NCBI GenBank assembly: GCA_046757125.1
Contig: JBHHXO010000001.1
Span: forward strand, 1 to 46,112
DNA from: Thiogranum sp.
GTDB taxonomy: Bacteria > Pseudomonadota > Gammaproteobacteria > DSM-19610
Direction: 5' to 3'
DNA length: 46,112 nucleotides
Each line of letters begins with the position of its first letter. The first letter of the stretch is position 1. Positions 24,022-32,860 of this stretch are shown here, in pieces. The notes under the pieces are model-generated. The model saw only the letters and a list, made by a program, of their open reading frames with translations. It ran no database searches and was not told where the DNA came from. A program made the translations under genes and the position numbers.

Positions 24022-24675
24022 CTATCCATGCCGCACTACAAGGGTATAGAGCTGCAGGCGCGTCTCCGCGCGGGGATAGTCTGTAGTCCGGAAATCCACT
24101 TCCTGCCAGAAGAATTTCCAGGGCATTGCCTCCAGCTCCTGCAGGTAACGCAGCAGGTCCGAATAACCGCCTTCGACAACTATTTCAATGTGGTAACGAC
24201 CCAGGCCGTTGCCGCTTTCCTGTTCCCCGGCATCCGGGTCTGTCAGCGGCTCGGTGCGGGCCTGCAGTGATTTCAGCTTCAGTCCGCCGTGGCCGGCAAG
24301 CACCTGCTCGAGCATGTCGGCAGCCTGTGCAGGTTCTACAAGCGCACCCAGCCGGGCAACGATCCTGTCATCGAGCGCATCCCGCTGCGCAACAAGCGCG
24401 TCACGCTTTTGCCGGCGTTCGGTCAGCGGGTCGCGCTCCGATTTGTAATTGAACAGCTCGGCCTGCTGGCGGGTGGCGCCCAGTTTTGTTTCGAGTTCGG
24501 ATATGCGCTGGCTGGAAGCCTGCTGTGCCTTGAGCATGGGCTGTAAAGCGAATGAATCCACCAGCAGATATACCACTATGATAGTCGCTGCCAGTAGCAG
24601 GATGCGTTCGCGCAATTCCAGGGCGTCGATTCGATCCACCCAGCGCTGGATCTGTGCTGTCGGAGCTAGCGCCAT
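24022..24675 (-). CDS. MshJ/GspM-like alignment protein
   Basis: LELRERILL followed by a TM segment and coiled coil; GGYSDLLRYLQELEAMPWKFFW and YP...LYTL. Confidence 0.78.
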   Translation of the reverse strand: MALAPTAQIQRWVDRIDALELRERILLLAATIIVVYLLVDSFALQPMLKAQQASSQRISELETKLGATRQQAELFNYKSERDPLTERRQKRDALVAQRDALDDRIVARLGALVEPAQAADMLEQVLAGHGGLKLKSLQARTEPLTDPDAGEQESGNGLGRYHIEIVVEGGYSDLLRYLQELEAMPWKFFWQEVDFRTTDYPRAETRLQLYTLVVRHG

Positions 24676-25271
24676 GCTACGGTTTCCCCGTGGTTACGCA
24701 GTTCGAAGCGGAGTTGAGGTTTGTCCGGGTCGATGCGGGTCATGGACAGGGTTTCAAACGGGGATGTGGACAGGTCCGGGCGTCTGGCGAGCTGCTGGAC
24801 ATAGGCGGGGACCAGTTTGGCGTCCAGCGTTACACCACGCAGCTCGATCTGTCCTGCGCCGTTGACCTTCACGCCTTCCAGCCACAGGCCGGGTATACGC
24901 TGTTCATCGAGTACACTGAACTGCCCGGCAAAACCCGAGCGATGCCGGGTCGCCAGTCGGTCAAATTGTGTCAGCAGATAGTTGCGCTGATCGATATCAG
25001 CCTGCAGCTGTTCTATTTCCTTATCCAGACCCTGCGTGTCGGGAGCCTGGTAGCCGGCTTCCAGTGAGGCCACCTGGCCCTGCAGGCTATCGAGCTGTTG
25101 CTGCAGGACCGTGGTGGTGCCTTTCATTCCGTCCAGCGTCCAGCGCGCGTGTGCGAGGATAACCAGCAGCAGGACCAGTACCGCAGCGGCGATCTGTGTC
25201 AGCGTGGTTGCGGAAAACACCTTGACCTGTTTTCTGAATACCGGTTGATAGAGATTGATCTGTTGGTGCAT
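24666..25271 (-). CDS. MshI (C-terminal part)/PilN-like protein
   Basis: MHQQINLY, TM segment, coiled coil and GLWL...VPAYVQQL. Confidence 0.75.
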   Translation of the reverse strand: MHQQINLYQPVFRKQVKVFSATTLTQIAAAVLVLLLVILAHARWTLDGMKGTTTVLQQQLDSLQGQVASLEAGYQAPDTQGLDKEIEQLQADIDQRNYLLTQFDRLATRHRSGFAGQFSVLDEQRIPGLWLEGVKVNGAGQIELRGVTLDAKLVPAYVQQLARRPDLSTSPFETLSMTRIDPDKPQLRFELRNHGETVAWR

Positions 25272-25276
25272 ACGGT

Positions 25277-26023
25277 TTATGCCACGCTTTCCAGTGGTGA
25301 AGATTCAGTAGCGATCGCTTTCAGGTAGGCGCGTTCCAGGTTGTCCGCCGCGAAAGTCCGGCAGCAGTCCTGCGGGCTGCCGATAAAGCGCACCTCGCCC
25401 TGGTGCAGAATGGCCAGCCGGTCGCACAGGGATTCGACGTCATTCAGCAGGTGCGTGGTGAAGAACAGGGTCTGTCCACCCTGTCTGGCTTCCAGCAGAT
25501 AGTCCTTGAACAACGCGCGTGCCTTGGGATCGAGTCCGCTCATGGGTTCGTCCAGTACCAGCAGATCGCGCCGGCTCAGGAAACAGGTCGCCAGCCCGAG
25601 TTTTTGTGCCATGCCCTTGGAATAGGTGCGTACCGGCCGTGACAGGGCGGCCAGGTCGAGGTCGAGGCAGTGAAAGATGCGTTCGACCTCGCTGCGTGCG
25701 TAGGAAGTGCCGTGCAGTTCCGCCATATAGCGCAGAAATTCACGACCGGTCAGGTAGTAGGGCGGGCTAAAGCGTTCCGGCAGAAAAGCCAGTCGTTTGC
25801 GCGCCTGCGTCTGGTGATGCGGCGTGTCAAAAATCCGGATTTCACCCTGGTCAATCTGACAAAAATCCAGCAGTGACTTGATCAGCGTGGTTTTTCCGGC
25901 GCCATTCATTCCCACCAGGCCGAAGTATTCGCCCGGTTTCACCCCTAGATTTACGCCTTTTAGTACGTTCTGGCCCTTAAAGCCCTTGTACAGGCGGTTG
26001 ATGCAAATAGCATTTTCCTGCAT
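25277..26023 (-). CDS. ABC transporter ATP-binding protein
   Basis: GMNGAGKTT, YSKGM, LDEPMSGLDP and TTH motifs. Confidence 0.92.
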   Translation of the reverse strand: MQENAICINRLYKGFKGQNVLKGVNLGVKPGEYFGLVGMNGAGKTTLIKSLLDFCQIDQGEIRIFDTPHHQTQARKRLAFLPERFSPPYYLTGREFLRYMAELHGTSYARSEVERIFHCLDLDLAALSRPVRTYSKGMAQKLGLATCFLSRRDLLVLDEPMSGLDPKARALFKDYLLEARQGGQTLFFTTHLLNDVESLCDRLAILHQGEVRFIGSPQDCCRTFAADNLERAYLKAIATESSPLESVA

Positions 26024-26119
26024 GGCACGGGATCAGAAGCAAGAAACAGGCCGGGTCGGGAATACGTAATGCCAGCGGCGGCAAGGTTCCGTTTGGAATT
26101 ACATGGTTCAGGGGGAATA

Positions 26120-26145
26120 AAAAAGCCCGCCGAAGCGGGCTTTTT
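26120..26145 (-). terminator. Strong (bidirectional-type) intrinsic terminator after the module A pilin
   Basis: Minus strand AAAAAGCCCGC-TTCG-GCGGGCTTTTT(T). Confidence 0.88.
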
Positions 26146-26196
26146 AAATAAATGTATCCAGAGGCTTTCCGGATAGATCACTCAGATGTGTAGGTG

Positions 26197-26868
26197 TTAC
26201 AGCTGCCGGTATACACCACCGCAGTTGCCCTGGGGGTTTGCAGCGGTAACCGCCCATACACCACCGGCTACGCAGGTGCCGGGGTTGGCATTGCCTGACC
26301 GGCCGTTCTGGAATATCCCGGTGCCGGGAACGCCGTCATCGATCTTGCGGTCCAGCTCTGCCATGGCCGCAACAGGGATATTGCGCCCGGTCCAGAGTTC
26401 GTGGCTCTGGCCGGAAGTGCCCGCTGCCTCACTGCCAAAGCTGAGGTTCATGTTTCCGCCAAAAGCGTTTGGAGGGCAACGCGTGGAAATACAGTTCCAG
26501 CCATTGTTATTGCCATTTACGCCACCACCATCATAATTACCGGTAATGAATCCTGCCGCAGCCAGGTGCAGCCAGACGCGGCCACGTTCGTTGTTAGTGC
26601 TGATCTGGCCGTTGCCATTGCCGTTCATGCCGGCCGGCACACCGGAAATATTGGCGTCCGCAACGCGGTAGTCCCCCGGCAGCGCCTTGTAGCGGTCCTG
26701 AAAGGCAAAAAATGCCGCCTTGATGCCGCTCGCCTGGTCTGCCAGGTTGCGTACCTTGGCGTTGGTAATCATTTCCTGACCCTTGAGCACACCACCCAGC
26801 AGTAAACCGATAATCACCAGTACGATGGCGATTTCGACCAGAGTGAAACCTCGCTGATTCCTGTCCAT
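26197..26868 (-). CDS. Type IV pilin-like protein, probable major subunit of module A
   Basis: QRG|FTLVEIAIVLVIIGLLLGGVLKGQEMI, DRYKALPGD and LDRKIDDG; 4 Cys; GGAG RBS; downstream terminator. Confidence 0.85.
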   Translation of the reverse strand: MDRNQRGFTLVEIAIVLVIIGLLLGGVLKGQEMITNAKVRNLADQASGIKAAFFAFQDRYKALPGDYRVADANISGVPAGMNGNGNGQISTNNERGRVWLHLAAAGFITGNYDGGGVNGNNNGWNCISTRCPPNAFGGNMNLSFGSEAAGTSGQSHELWTGRNIPVAAMAELDRKIDDGVPGTGIFQNGRSGNANPGTCVAGGVWAVTAANPQGNCGGVYRQL

Positions 26869-26889
26869 ACCTGTTCTCCGTCAATAAAT

Positions 26890-27636
26890 TTAATCACTGG
26901 CTGGCGTCTGTCCCTGGAGCCGCTCCAGCTGCCCGGACAGAAACCTTAATTCGTGGGGATCGGTAATCTGGCCGTTTGCCAGCAGTCCACCAATCACGAT
27001 CTGAGCGGCTTCTGTCTCGCCCATATCCTCGAGTACGAAGATATCCATTTGTTGCGCCCAATGAGGAACATGGGCTCCTGTCGCTTTATCGGCCAGGGCT
27101 TTTGCGTACTTGAGCGCCAGTGGCAAATCTTCCAGGCGGTGACGCGCGATCAACACCGAGTGGGCCAGCCAGCGCCACCGGGTATCGGGTGATTCAAGGA
27201 ATTTTTGATAAATAAAATCAAGCATTTGTCTTTGCCGAACCGGGTCCGGGACTTCGCCGTACAGGCGCGCGGCAGCCAGCAGCGGATACTGGCCCGCCGG
27301 GTCGAGATCCAGGCTGGCCCGCAGCCAGCCGCGCACTTTTCGGTAGTCCAGGTCCCTGAAAGGAATGCTGATACCGGGCTGGTTGTCGAACACCTGCAGC
27401 CACAGGTTGAGAAACTTCGACAGGGCTATGGGGTCGCCGAGGCTGGTGACCATCAACAGCTCTGCTGCCGGGGCGTTCGGGAGCGCGTCAGCCGCCGCCC
27501 GCGCCGGGGGTTGTGCGTGATGCCAGCCGATCTGCAGGCCGAGGCCCAGCAGCAGTACAGCCAGTACCAGTCCCGGAACCTGGTTCACCGGCCGTTCGCC
27601 GGGTCGGTTGATGGTATTGAATATGACCGCGGACAT
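26890..27636 (-). CDS. Hypothetical membrane-anchored helical protein
   Basis: Start placed at ATG 27636 just after the permease stop. One TM segment, then LWLQVFD...LDLDP...YP. Confidence 0.7.
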   Translation of the reverse strand: MSAVIFNTINRPGERPVNQVPGLVLAVLLLGLGLQIGWHHAQPPARAAADALPNAPAAELLMVTSLGDPIALSKFLNLWLQVFDNQPGISIPFRDLDYRKVRGWLRASLDLDPAGQYPLLAAARLYGEVPDPVRQRQMLDFIYQKFLESPDTRWRWLAHSVLIARHRLEDLPLALKYAKALADKATGAHVPHWAQQMDIFVLEDMGETEAAQIVIGGLLANGQITDPHELRFLSGQLERLQGQTPASD

Positions 27637-27644
27637 GGAGGTGG

Positions 27645-28412
27645 TCAGAAGTTCTTGCGGTACAGGTCGAACAATGCAACGCCGGACAACAGCAACGCGT
27701 AGATCAGGGTCTGTACTGCTACAGGTCCAAGTACGTCGATAGAGGCGGGGTACAGCAACCACTCGGTGCGTGTAAAGTGACCCAGGTCGGGTAACAGGTA
27801 GGCCAGGGCATCCACGACGCGGGTCAGGACGTACCGGGACGTTTCCGCCTGGTTGGACAAGGGGCCGTGTGCCATCAACTGAATGGACGCGATGCTGCGT
27901 GCCAGCAGGTAAAAAAGTATCGAGGCCGAAATGGACGCCGTGACCTGGCTGAAGGCGAAGGCAAACAGCAGGCTGAAGCCACATACCAGCAGCAGTTCCA
28001 GTACCAGCGATATGCCCCAGGAGATACTGGAGGCCCACGGTGACAGAAAGATAACCAGGGAGAACAGGGGGATGGCAGTGAACGCGGCAATCAGCGCGTA
28101 GCCGCCCAGTTTCCCGAGGTAATAGCCCGCGCGCGGTACCGGCAGGGACAGCATGAGTTCGACGGATTTATCGCTGAAGTCGCGGTTCACGCTGGTGGTT
28201 ACGAACAGGATGATCAGCAATGCCGCGGCCAGGCGCAGGATCGACGCGGTAATGGCGACCCGGGTCTGCACGGTTTCGGTGATAGCCAGATCGCCGGTAA
28301 AGGATGCGATACCAAAACCGGCCGCTACCAGAAACAGCACCAGCCAGACGAAGCGGGTACGGAAGGCCTCCAGCGCGGTATATCGGGTGATGGCGATGAC
28401 CGGTCCGATCAT
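27645..28412 (-). CDS. ABC-2 type permease
   Basis: About six hydrophobic segments; LSLPVPRAGYYLGKLGG; C-terminal DLYRKNF. Confidence 0.85.
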   Translation of the reverse strand: MIGPVIAITRYTALEAFRTRFVWLVLFLVAAGFGIASFTGDLAITETVQTRVAITASILRLAAALLIILFVTTSVNRDFSDKSVELMLSLPVPRAGYYLGKLGGYALIAAFTAIPLFSLVIFLSPWASSISWGISLVLELLLVCGFSLLFAFAFSQVTASISASILFYLLARSIASIQLMAHGPLSNQAETSRYVLTRVVDALAYLLPDLGHFTRTEWLLYPASIDVLGPVAVQTLIYALLLSGVALFDLYRKNF

Positions 28413-29104
28413 GGCAGCACCCCGGCGCTGACCATGCGGTTGAACAGGATGTTGGGCGATAACCAGATGACCTGGTCGTCGAATTCGTTGCCGGTAGTGG
28501 TGTTATAGGGCTTTTCGACGAAGCAGCGGTCACCATTGGTGTTTTCTGATTCGTCATTACTTCCGTAAGAGGTCTTGCCGCCTGACCACAATACCGCAGG
28601 GACGTTTTCCGCTACCGTGCCCAGTTCGCTATCGTCAGTGCAATCTGCCGGGCGTGTCAGCGATACCCGCAATATACCAGTGCTTGTCCCCTGTATCGCC
28701 AGGGGAAAGGGGGCATTGACCGACAACGCCGGATTTGCGAAGGCACCGTTCACGACGTAGCCGACTGGAAAACCCCAGGGGTCCAGGCCACTGTCCAGTC
28801 CCAGCGTTACCCATGGAAGCGTTCCTGAATTTGGATCGAAGGCGGTAACACCTGCTGCACAGCCGTTTTCCAGGCCATCAGTGGGCACATCAGTATCCGG
28901 GCAGGGCAGGCGGCCGTTTACAATGGCAAAACCGATCAGCGCTTCACGCGCCCGCTCCATGAGTACATCGTTTTCGGTACGTCTTTCCTGCTCCTTCTGG
29001 GTTGACAGTGGTGCCAACAGTCCGCCAATCAGCAGGGCGACAATGACCAGTACGATGGACATCTCGATCAGTGTAAAGCCGTTGTGAAAATGCCGGTGTA
29101 TCAT
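28409..29104 (-). CDS. Minor pilin/pseudopilin
   Basis: NG|FTLIEM, EALIGFA...GRLPCPD, GTLPW and DPWG. Confidence 0.8.
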   Translation of the reverse strand: MIHRHFHNGFTLIEMSIVLVIVALLIGGLLAPLSTQKEQERRTENDVLMERAREALIGFAIVNGRLPCPDTDVPTDGLENGCAAGVTAFDPNSGTLPWVTLGLDSGLDPWGFPVGYVVNGAFANPALSVNAPFPLAIQGTSTGILRVSLTRPADCTDDSELGTVAENVPAVLWSGGKTSYGSNDESENTNGDRCFVEKPYNTTTGNEFDDQVIWLSPNILFNRMVSAGVLP

Positions 29105-30255
29105 GGCGCTACCACCTGTAACTGGTCGTTGCTGCCTGCATCGACGGGCAGGACCTCAAAGAGAGTATCGTCATCCCTGTTTTCGCCGGAATCCAGCAGG
29201 TCATCGTCACTTGCTATAGGTGATCGATTGTTCTGTGAGAGCCCGGGCAATGGAGGGCCGCCTGCGATGAGTAATGCTCTGATGTCATTCGTATTCGGAG
29301 GGTCGCTAACTTTGAGCAGCGTAGTAGCAAGGCAGTTGCTTGCGCCTTCAACGCAGTCGGCTGACACGACATACCAGATAACCTGATCCCAGCTGTTGGG
29401 CTGGAACCAGGCAGGTAAAGCCGCTGTTTTCAGTGGAGCATTCCATCCGGTTTGCGTGCTGCAATTCGGGTTGCTTATAGTCGTTGGAACCATGCCGGCG
29501 AAAACTGTGTTGTCACAAGTACCGGTGCCTGCAGGTGCAGGATTCGGAAAGTAGCCATTTTCGCTGTAGTAGGTATTTAGTGAGCTTGATACTTCGTTCA
29601 GCACACGGCGCTCAATTGCCTGCATGAGTTCGTCACGGGTGATACCGATCAACTGATCATTGAAATCCCCGCCTGCGGCGGTAACAAAAAAGGCATCGTT
29701 ATTGGCGTTGTCTGCTTCCAGGTAACGCAGAATATTATTCTGCTGGCCACCCGTACGGGATTGACCCCGCAGGCTTTGCCCGGGCGCGATGATAATGGCG
29801 GCATAGCGGGTGGCCCCGCCGTCAATAGTCAGCGCGGGTACTGTCTCACTGTTTATTGCCGAGGTGCCTGCGAACAGGGGGTCAACGATATACCAGAGCC
29901 GCTCACCGCTGCTGTCCCTGAGGTCAGGCAGACCCAGCGTTTTCCACGGCAATCTGAATGTGGTGTTGCCTGTGCAGGGTGGCGGTGCGCTGTCGCCGCT
30001 ATTGTTGACATCAGGACAGGGCAGTTCTCCTGGCCGGTTTTGTGATTTCAGTGCGAACCCGATCAACGCGGCTTTTGCCTCACCCAGCGCCATGGCGGTA
30101 TCAGCCGCCCGGTCCAGTTCGGATGGTGTCTGGTTCAGGCGCTTCAACAGGGTATAACTCGCTGCCAGCAGCACCAGCGTCAGCATGACCAGCAAGGCAG
30201 CACCGCGTTGCTGGCGGAGTGAGGGGCGCATACGCTGGATTATCTGCGTTTTCAT
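29101..30255 (-). CDS. Large PilX/GspK-like minor pilin
   Basis: QRG|AALLVML (no E5), ALIGFA...GELPCPD, LPWKTLG and a Cys-containing C-terminal extension. Confidence 0.7.
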   Translation of the reverse strand: MKTQIIQRMRPSLRQQRGAALLVMLTLVLLAASYTLLKRLNQTPSELDRAADTAMALGEAKAALIGFALKSQNRPGELPCPDVNNSGDSAPPPCTGNTTFRLPWKTLGLPDLRDSSGERLWYIVDPLFAGTSAINSETVPALTIDGGATRYAAIIIAPGQSLRGQSRTGGQQNNILRYLEADNANNDAFFVTAAGGDFNDQLIGITRDELMQAIERRVLNEVSSSLNTYYSENGYFPNPAPAGTGTCDNTVFAGMVPTTISNPNCSTQTGWNAPLKTAALPAWFQPNSWDQVIWYVVSADCVEGASNCLATTLLKVSDPPNTNDIRALLIAGGPPLPGLSQNNRSPIASDDDLLDSGENRDDDTLFEVLPVDAGSNDQLQVVAP

Positions 30256-30693
30256 CTACTCTTCACTTTCAGTAGACAAAACCTGCTGATACGCCTCGCT
30301 GACTGTGCCGGTCTGCGGGTCGTATACCTGGCCGGGTTTCATCAGCCTGGGTGCGCCTGCTGCGGAAGGTTTGAAGTGCACGCTGCCATTCCTGACCAGA
30401 TTCACCCGCGGGTGCCTGCGGTTGCCGTTGTGGATTTCCGGCTTGCCGTTTATCCATACCTCCTTTTTGCCGGACTTGCCGATCAGCGTACCGTTCAGCC
30501 TGAAAGGCCGGGGCGCTTCCGTCACCTGTGCTGTGCTACCGGCGCCCGTCGCCGGTGTTATGTCACGGGTCCCGTTGTCGAGCTTTGCGCGCTGTTCAGC
30601 CGTTGTGAACAGGGTGCCGAAATCATCTGCCTGCAGGTTCGATGTCAGTATCGCGAGCAGCAGGCCGGTGGCGGGGTGTTTGAAAATACTCAC
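30256..30693 (-). CDS. Hypothetical exported protein (MshK/PilP-like position)
   Basis: Signal peptide, GTLFTTAEQRAKLD and LNG...VWING; translationally coupled to neighbours. Confidence 0.65.
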   Translation of the reverse strand: MSIFKHPATGLLLAILTSNLQADDFGTLFTTAEQRAKLDNGTRDITPATGAGSTAQVTEAPRPFRLNGTLIGKSGKKEVWINGKPEIHNGNRRHPRVNLVRNGSVHFKPSAAGAPRLMKPGQVYDPQTGTVSEAYQQVLSTESEE

Positions 30694-31316
30694 AATGAAC
30701 CCTCCTCTGAACCGTCTGGGCGCCGTTTCACGGTATACCAGGCTATTTCACAACTGGCGGATATATTGGCCTTGTCCGCGGCAATACCCTCCGCACCGAA
30801 CATCGGCTTGAGCGAGCAGCCGCGCAAGCGGTAGATTGCCGGCCTCTCGTGATTCAGTTCGGCAAAGAAACGAATCAGGTCCACTTCGTGCGCCAGTTCC
30901 AGCTGTACCGACATGGGGCTGGCGTACAACTGGTAATGTTCTGTGTAATCCTGGTCTGACAATGTCAGGGGGTGTTGCTGCTTCAGGCTGTACTGCAAAT
31001 TGTACAACCGGTTGGCGCGGCCGCTGTTGCGCATCGATTCGATCCAGATCAGGCGGGGCTCTTCGCCGATAAAACCGCGCTGCTGAAGTTCCCTGTAACG
31101 TTGCTGCGAGGTACGCAGTATGTTGTCGGCTTCGACTGCCAGGCGATAATCCGTGCGTACGGAGTCCAGGCTGGAACGCGCGCTATCCAGACGACGCTCC
31201 CGGGCGTCCCTGAATGTGTCGCTGGTCCAGACCAGGGCTGCTGACAGCAGCAGTACTCCCAGCAACGCCAGCGCGGGTCGGCGTAGTTCGGAAGGGTGAA
31301 CTTCAAACCGTTCCAT
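30690..31316 (-). CDS. PilO/GspM-like alignment protein (start uncertain, 31316-31364)
   Basis: TM segment, coiled coil and a C-terminal domain with LAHEVDL; follows the PilM-like gene. Confidence 0.6.
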   Translation of the reverse strand: MERFEVHPSELRRPALALLGVLLLSAALVWTSDTFRDARERRLDSARSSLDSVRTDYRLAVEADNILRTSQQRYRELQQRGFIGEEPRLIWIESMRNSGRANRLYNLQYSLKQQHPLTLSDQDYTEHYQLYASPMSVQLELAHEVDLIRFFAELNHERPAIYRLRGCSLKPMFGAEGIAADKANISASCEIAWYTVKRRPDGSEEGSL

Positions 31317-32856
31317 GATCGATCTCCATGGTGACGCGAAGCTCGAATTCAGCTTCGCTGTCACGGTCGTTGTTGCCTATCGCACCCTGTATGCTTGCAT
31401 CAGCCTGCGTATTGAGTGGCCGGCGGGTTATCGTTACCGCATGGACGCCGGGCCGTTCGGCTATCCACTTCACCAGCCTGTCGATCTGGCTGTGCGCTTC
31501 AACGTAACTGCCGTTGAAATGCCGCAGCTTTCCCTTGATGTGGCTGACCAGGTAGTTATCCATATTCTGGACCCGGTCTGCCTGCCGGGCGCTGTCCTGC
31601 GATGCTGTGGCGGCGTCCTTGTCCGGACTGGCAAACCAGTCGAAGCGTTTCAGCTGCAGGTTGGGCTGGCGTTCGAACGCATTTCCAACCAGGGAGAACA
31701 GGCTGGCCAGGTCGGTCCGGTGAGCCTCCAGTGTATTCGCAAGCTGAATAGCTTCCCGCATGGCACGGGCATCTTCGGCCGTAACCGGTAGCTGACGCGC
31801 CGCCTGTTGATAATTCGTGTTTACCTGTGCTGCTACACTGGCAACGTTGCGTGCTTCACTGGACATCGCCATCCCGTCCACCACATTTATGCCGCTGTAG
31901 GTGGCTGCTGTCACGGCGATCAGCCACATGGCGGCGCGTAAACCGGCCTGCGCGTGCCAGGTGTTCAGCCGCTTCAGGTGTCGTGGCGTGGCGTAGTGAT
32001 TAGGAACCCGGCGGGTATTCAGCAGGTAGGCAAACAGGGCATCACTGATCCGGGCGTCAGGGTGCTCACGAAAACCCGCGCGTTGCGCTATCTCCGACAG
32101 GTTTGCCGGGTGATAACTGATGCCGGTTTCATCCGCGCAGGCAGTGCGCATCGCGTCTGCTCGGGTCGAATCGGTGAGCGCATGGATTTCCAGTTCGGCG
32201 CCGTAGGGGATCAACCTGAGTGTAGTGAGGTAGCGATGCGTTTTGTGCGCCTCGTCCAGGATTATCCTGCAATAGTCTTCGGGCGAAGAGGCGCTGATGG
32301 GTGCAAGGCGGCTGAACAGCACCTTGTTGTCGCACACATACGTCTCGCGCAGACCTTCACCCGGTTGTTCTGTGATAACAAGGATATGGCCGTTGTCTGC
32401 AGCCAGATGCCTGACCAGGTGGTGCGTAATCAGGGGAAGTGAATAGATGCCTGCCAGAGGGATGCGCAACTCGTTCAACAGGTCGAGCAGCGGCTCGACG
32501 TTGTCGCGGTTGGTGAGTGCGCTGAAAAGAACGCGACTGTCGCGGCGTCCCTCTTTCATTCGACCTGTGATGCGGCTGTAACGAAACGGTGTGGTGCGAA
32601 ACAGTTTGTTTGCCTGCCGTTCCTGCAGTCTTGCCCGGTCCCCGCCATAGGCGTGAGGCAGCAGCTCTTCGCGGAATTCTTCTTCTATCAGGTCAACCAG
32701 CAGCGCGACGGGGCGTGCATCCGGGCTGCTCAGCGCCCTGCGCAGCTGCCCGTAGCCTTCCTCGTCGAGCGTGAAACGGCCGCCGGCACTGGCACCGTGT
32801 CGAGCGGCATGAAACAGGGTAATGCTTTTATCGGCGAGATACAGTATCCGGGACAT
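31303..32856 (-). CDS. PilM/PilN(GspL)-like alignment protein
   Basis: ~300-aa cytoplasmic domain, single TM segment and periplasmic domain; follows the platform gene. Confidence 0.6.
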   Translation of the reverse strand: MSRILYLADKSITLFHAARHGASAGGRFTLDEEGYGQLRRALSSPDARPVALLVDLIEEEFREELLPHAYGGDRARLQERQANKLFRTTPFRYSRITGRMKEGRRDSRVLFSALTNRDNVEPLLDLLNELRIPLAGIYSLPLITHHLVRHLAADNGHILVITEQPGEGLRETYVCDNKVLFSRLAPISASSPEDYCRIILDEAHKTHRYLTTLRLIPYGAELEIHALTDSTRADAMRTACADETGISYHPANLSEIAQRAGFREHPDARISDALFAYLLNTRRVPNHYATPRHLKRLNTWHAQAGLRAAMWLIAVTAATYSGINVVDGMAMSSEARNVASVAAQVNTNYQQAARQLPVTAEDARAMREAIQLANTLEAHRTDLASLFSLVGNAFERQPNLQLKRFDWFASPDKDAATASQDSARQADRVQNMDNYLVSHIKGKLRHFNGSYVEAHSQIDRLVKWIAERPGVHAVTITRRPLNTQADASIQGAIGNNDRDSEAEFELRVTMEIDHGTV

Positions 32857-32860
32857 GGCG

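Noticed and set aside
27637-28038. 134-codon N-terminal extension of ORF 26890..28038
   Set aside because: Overlaps the ABC permease in another frame; ATG 27636 fits the operon spacing.
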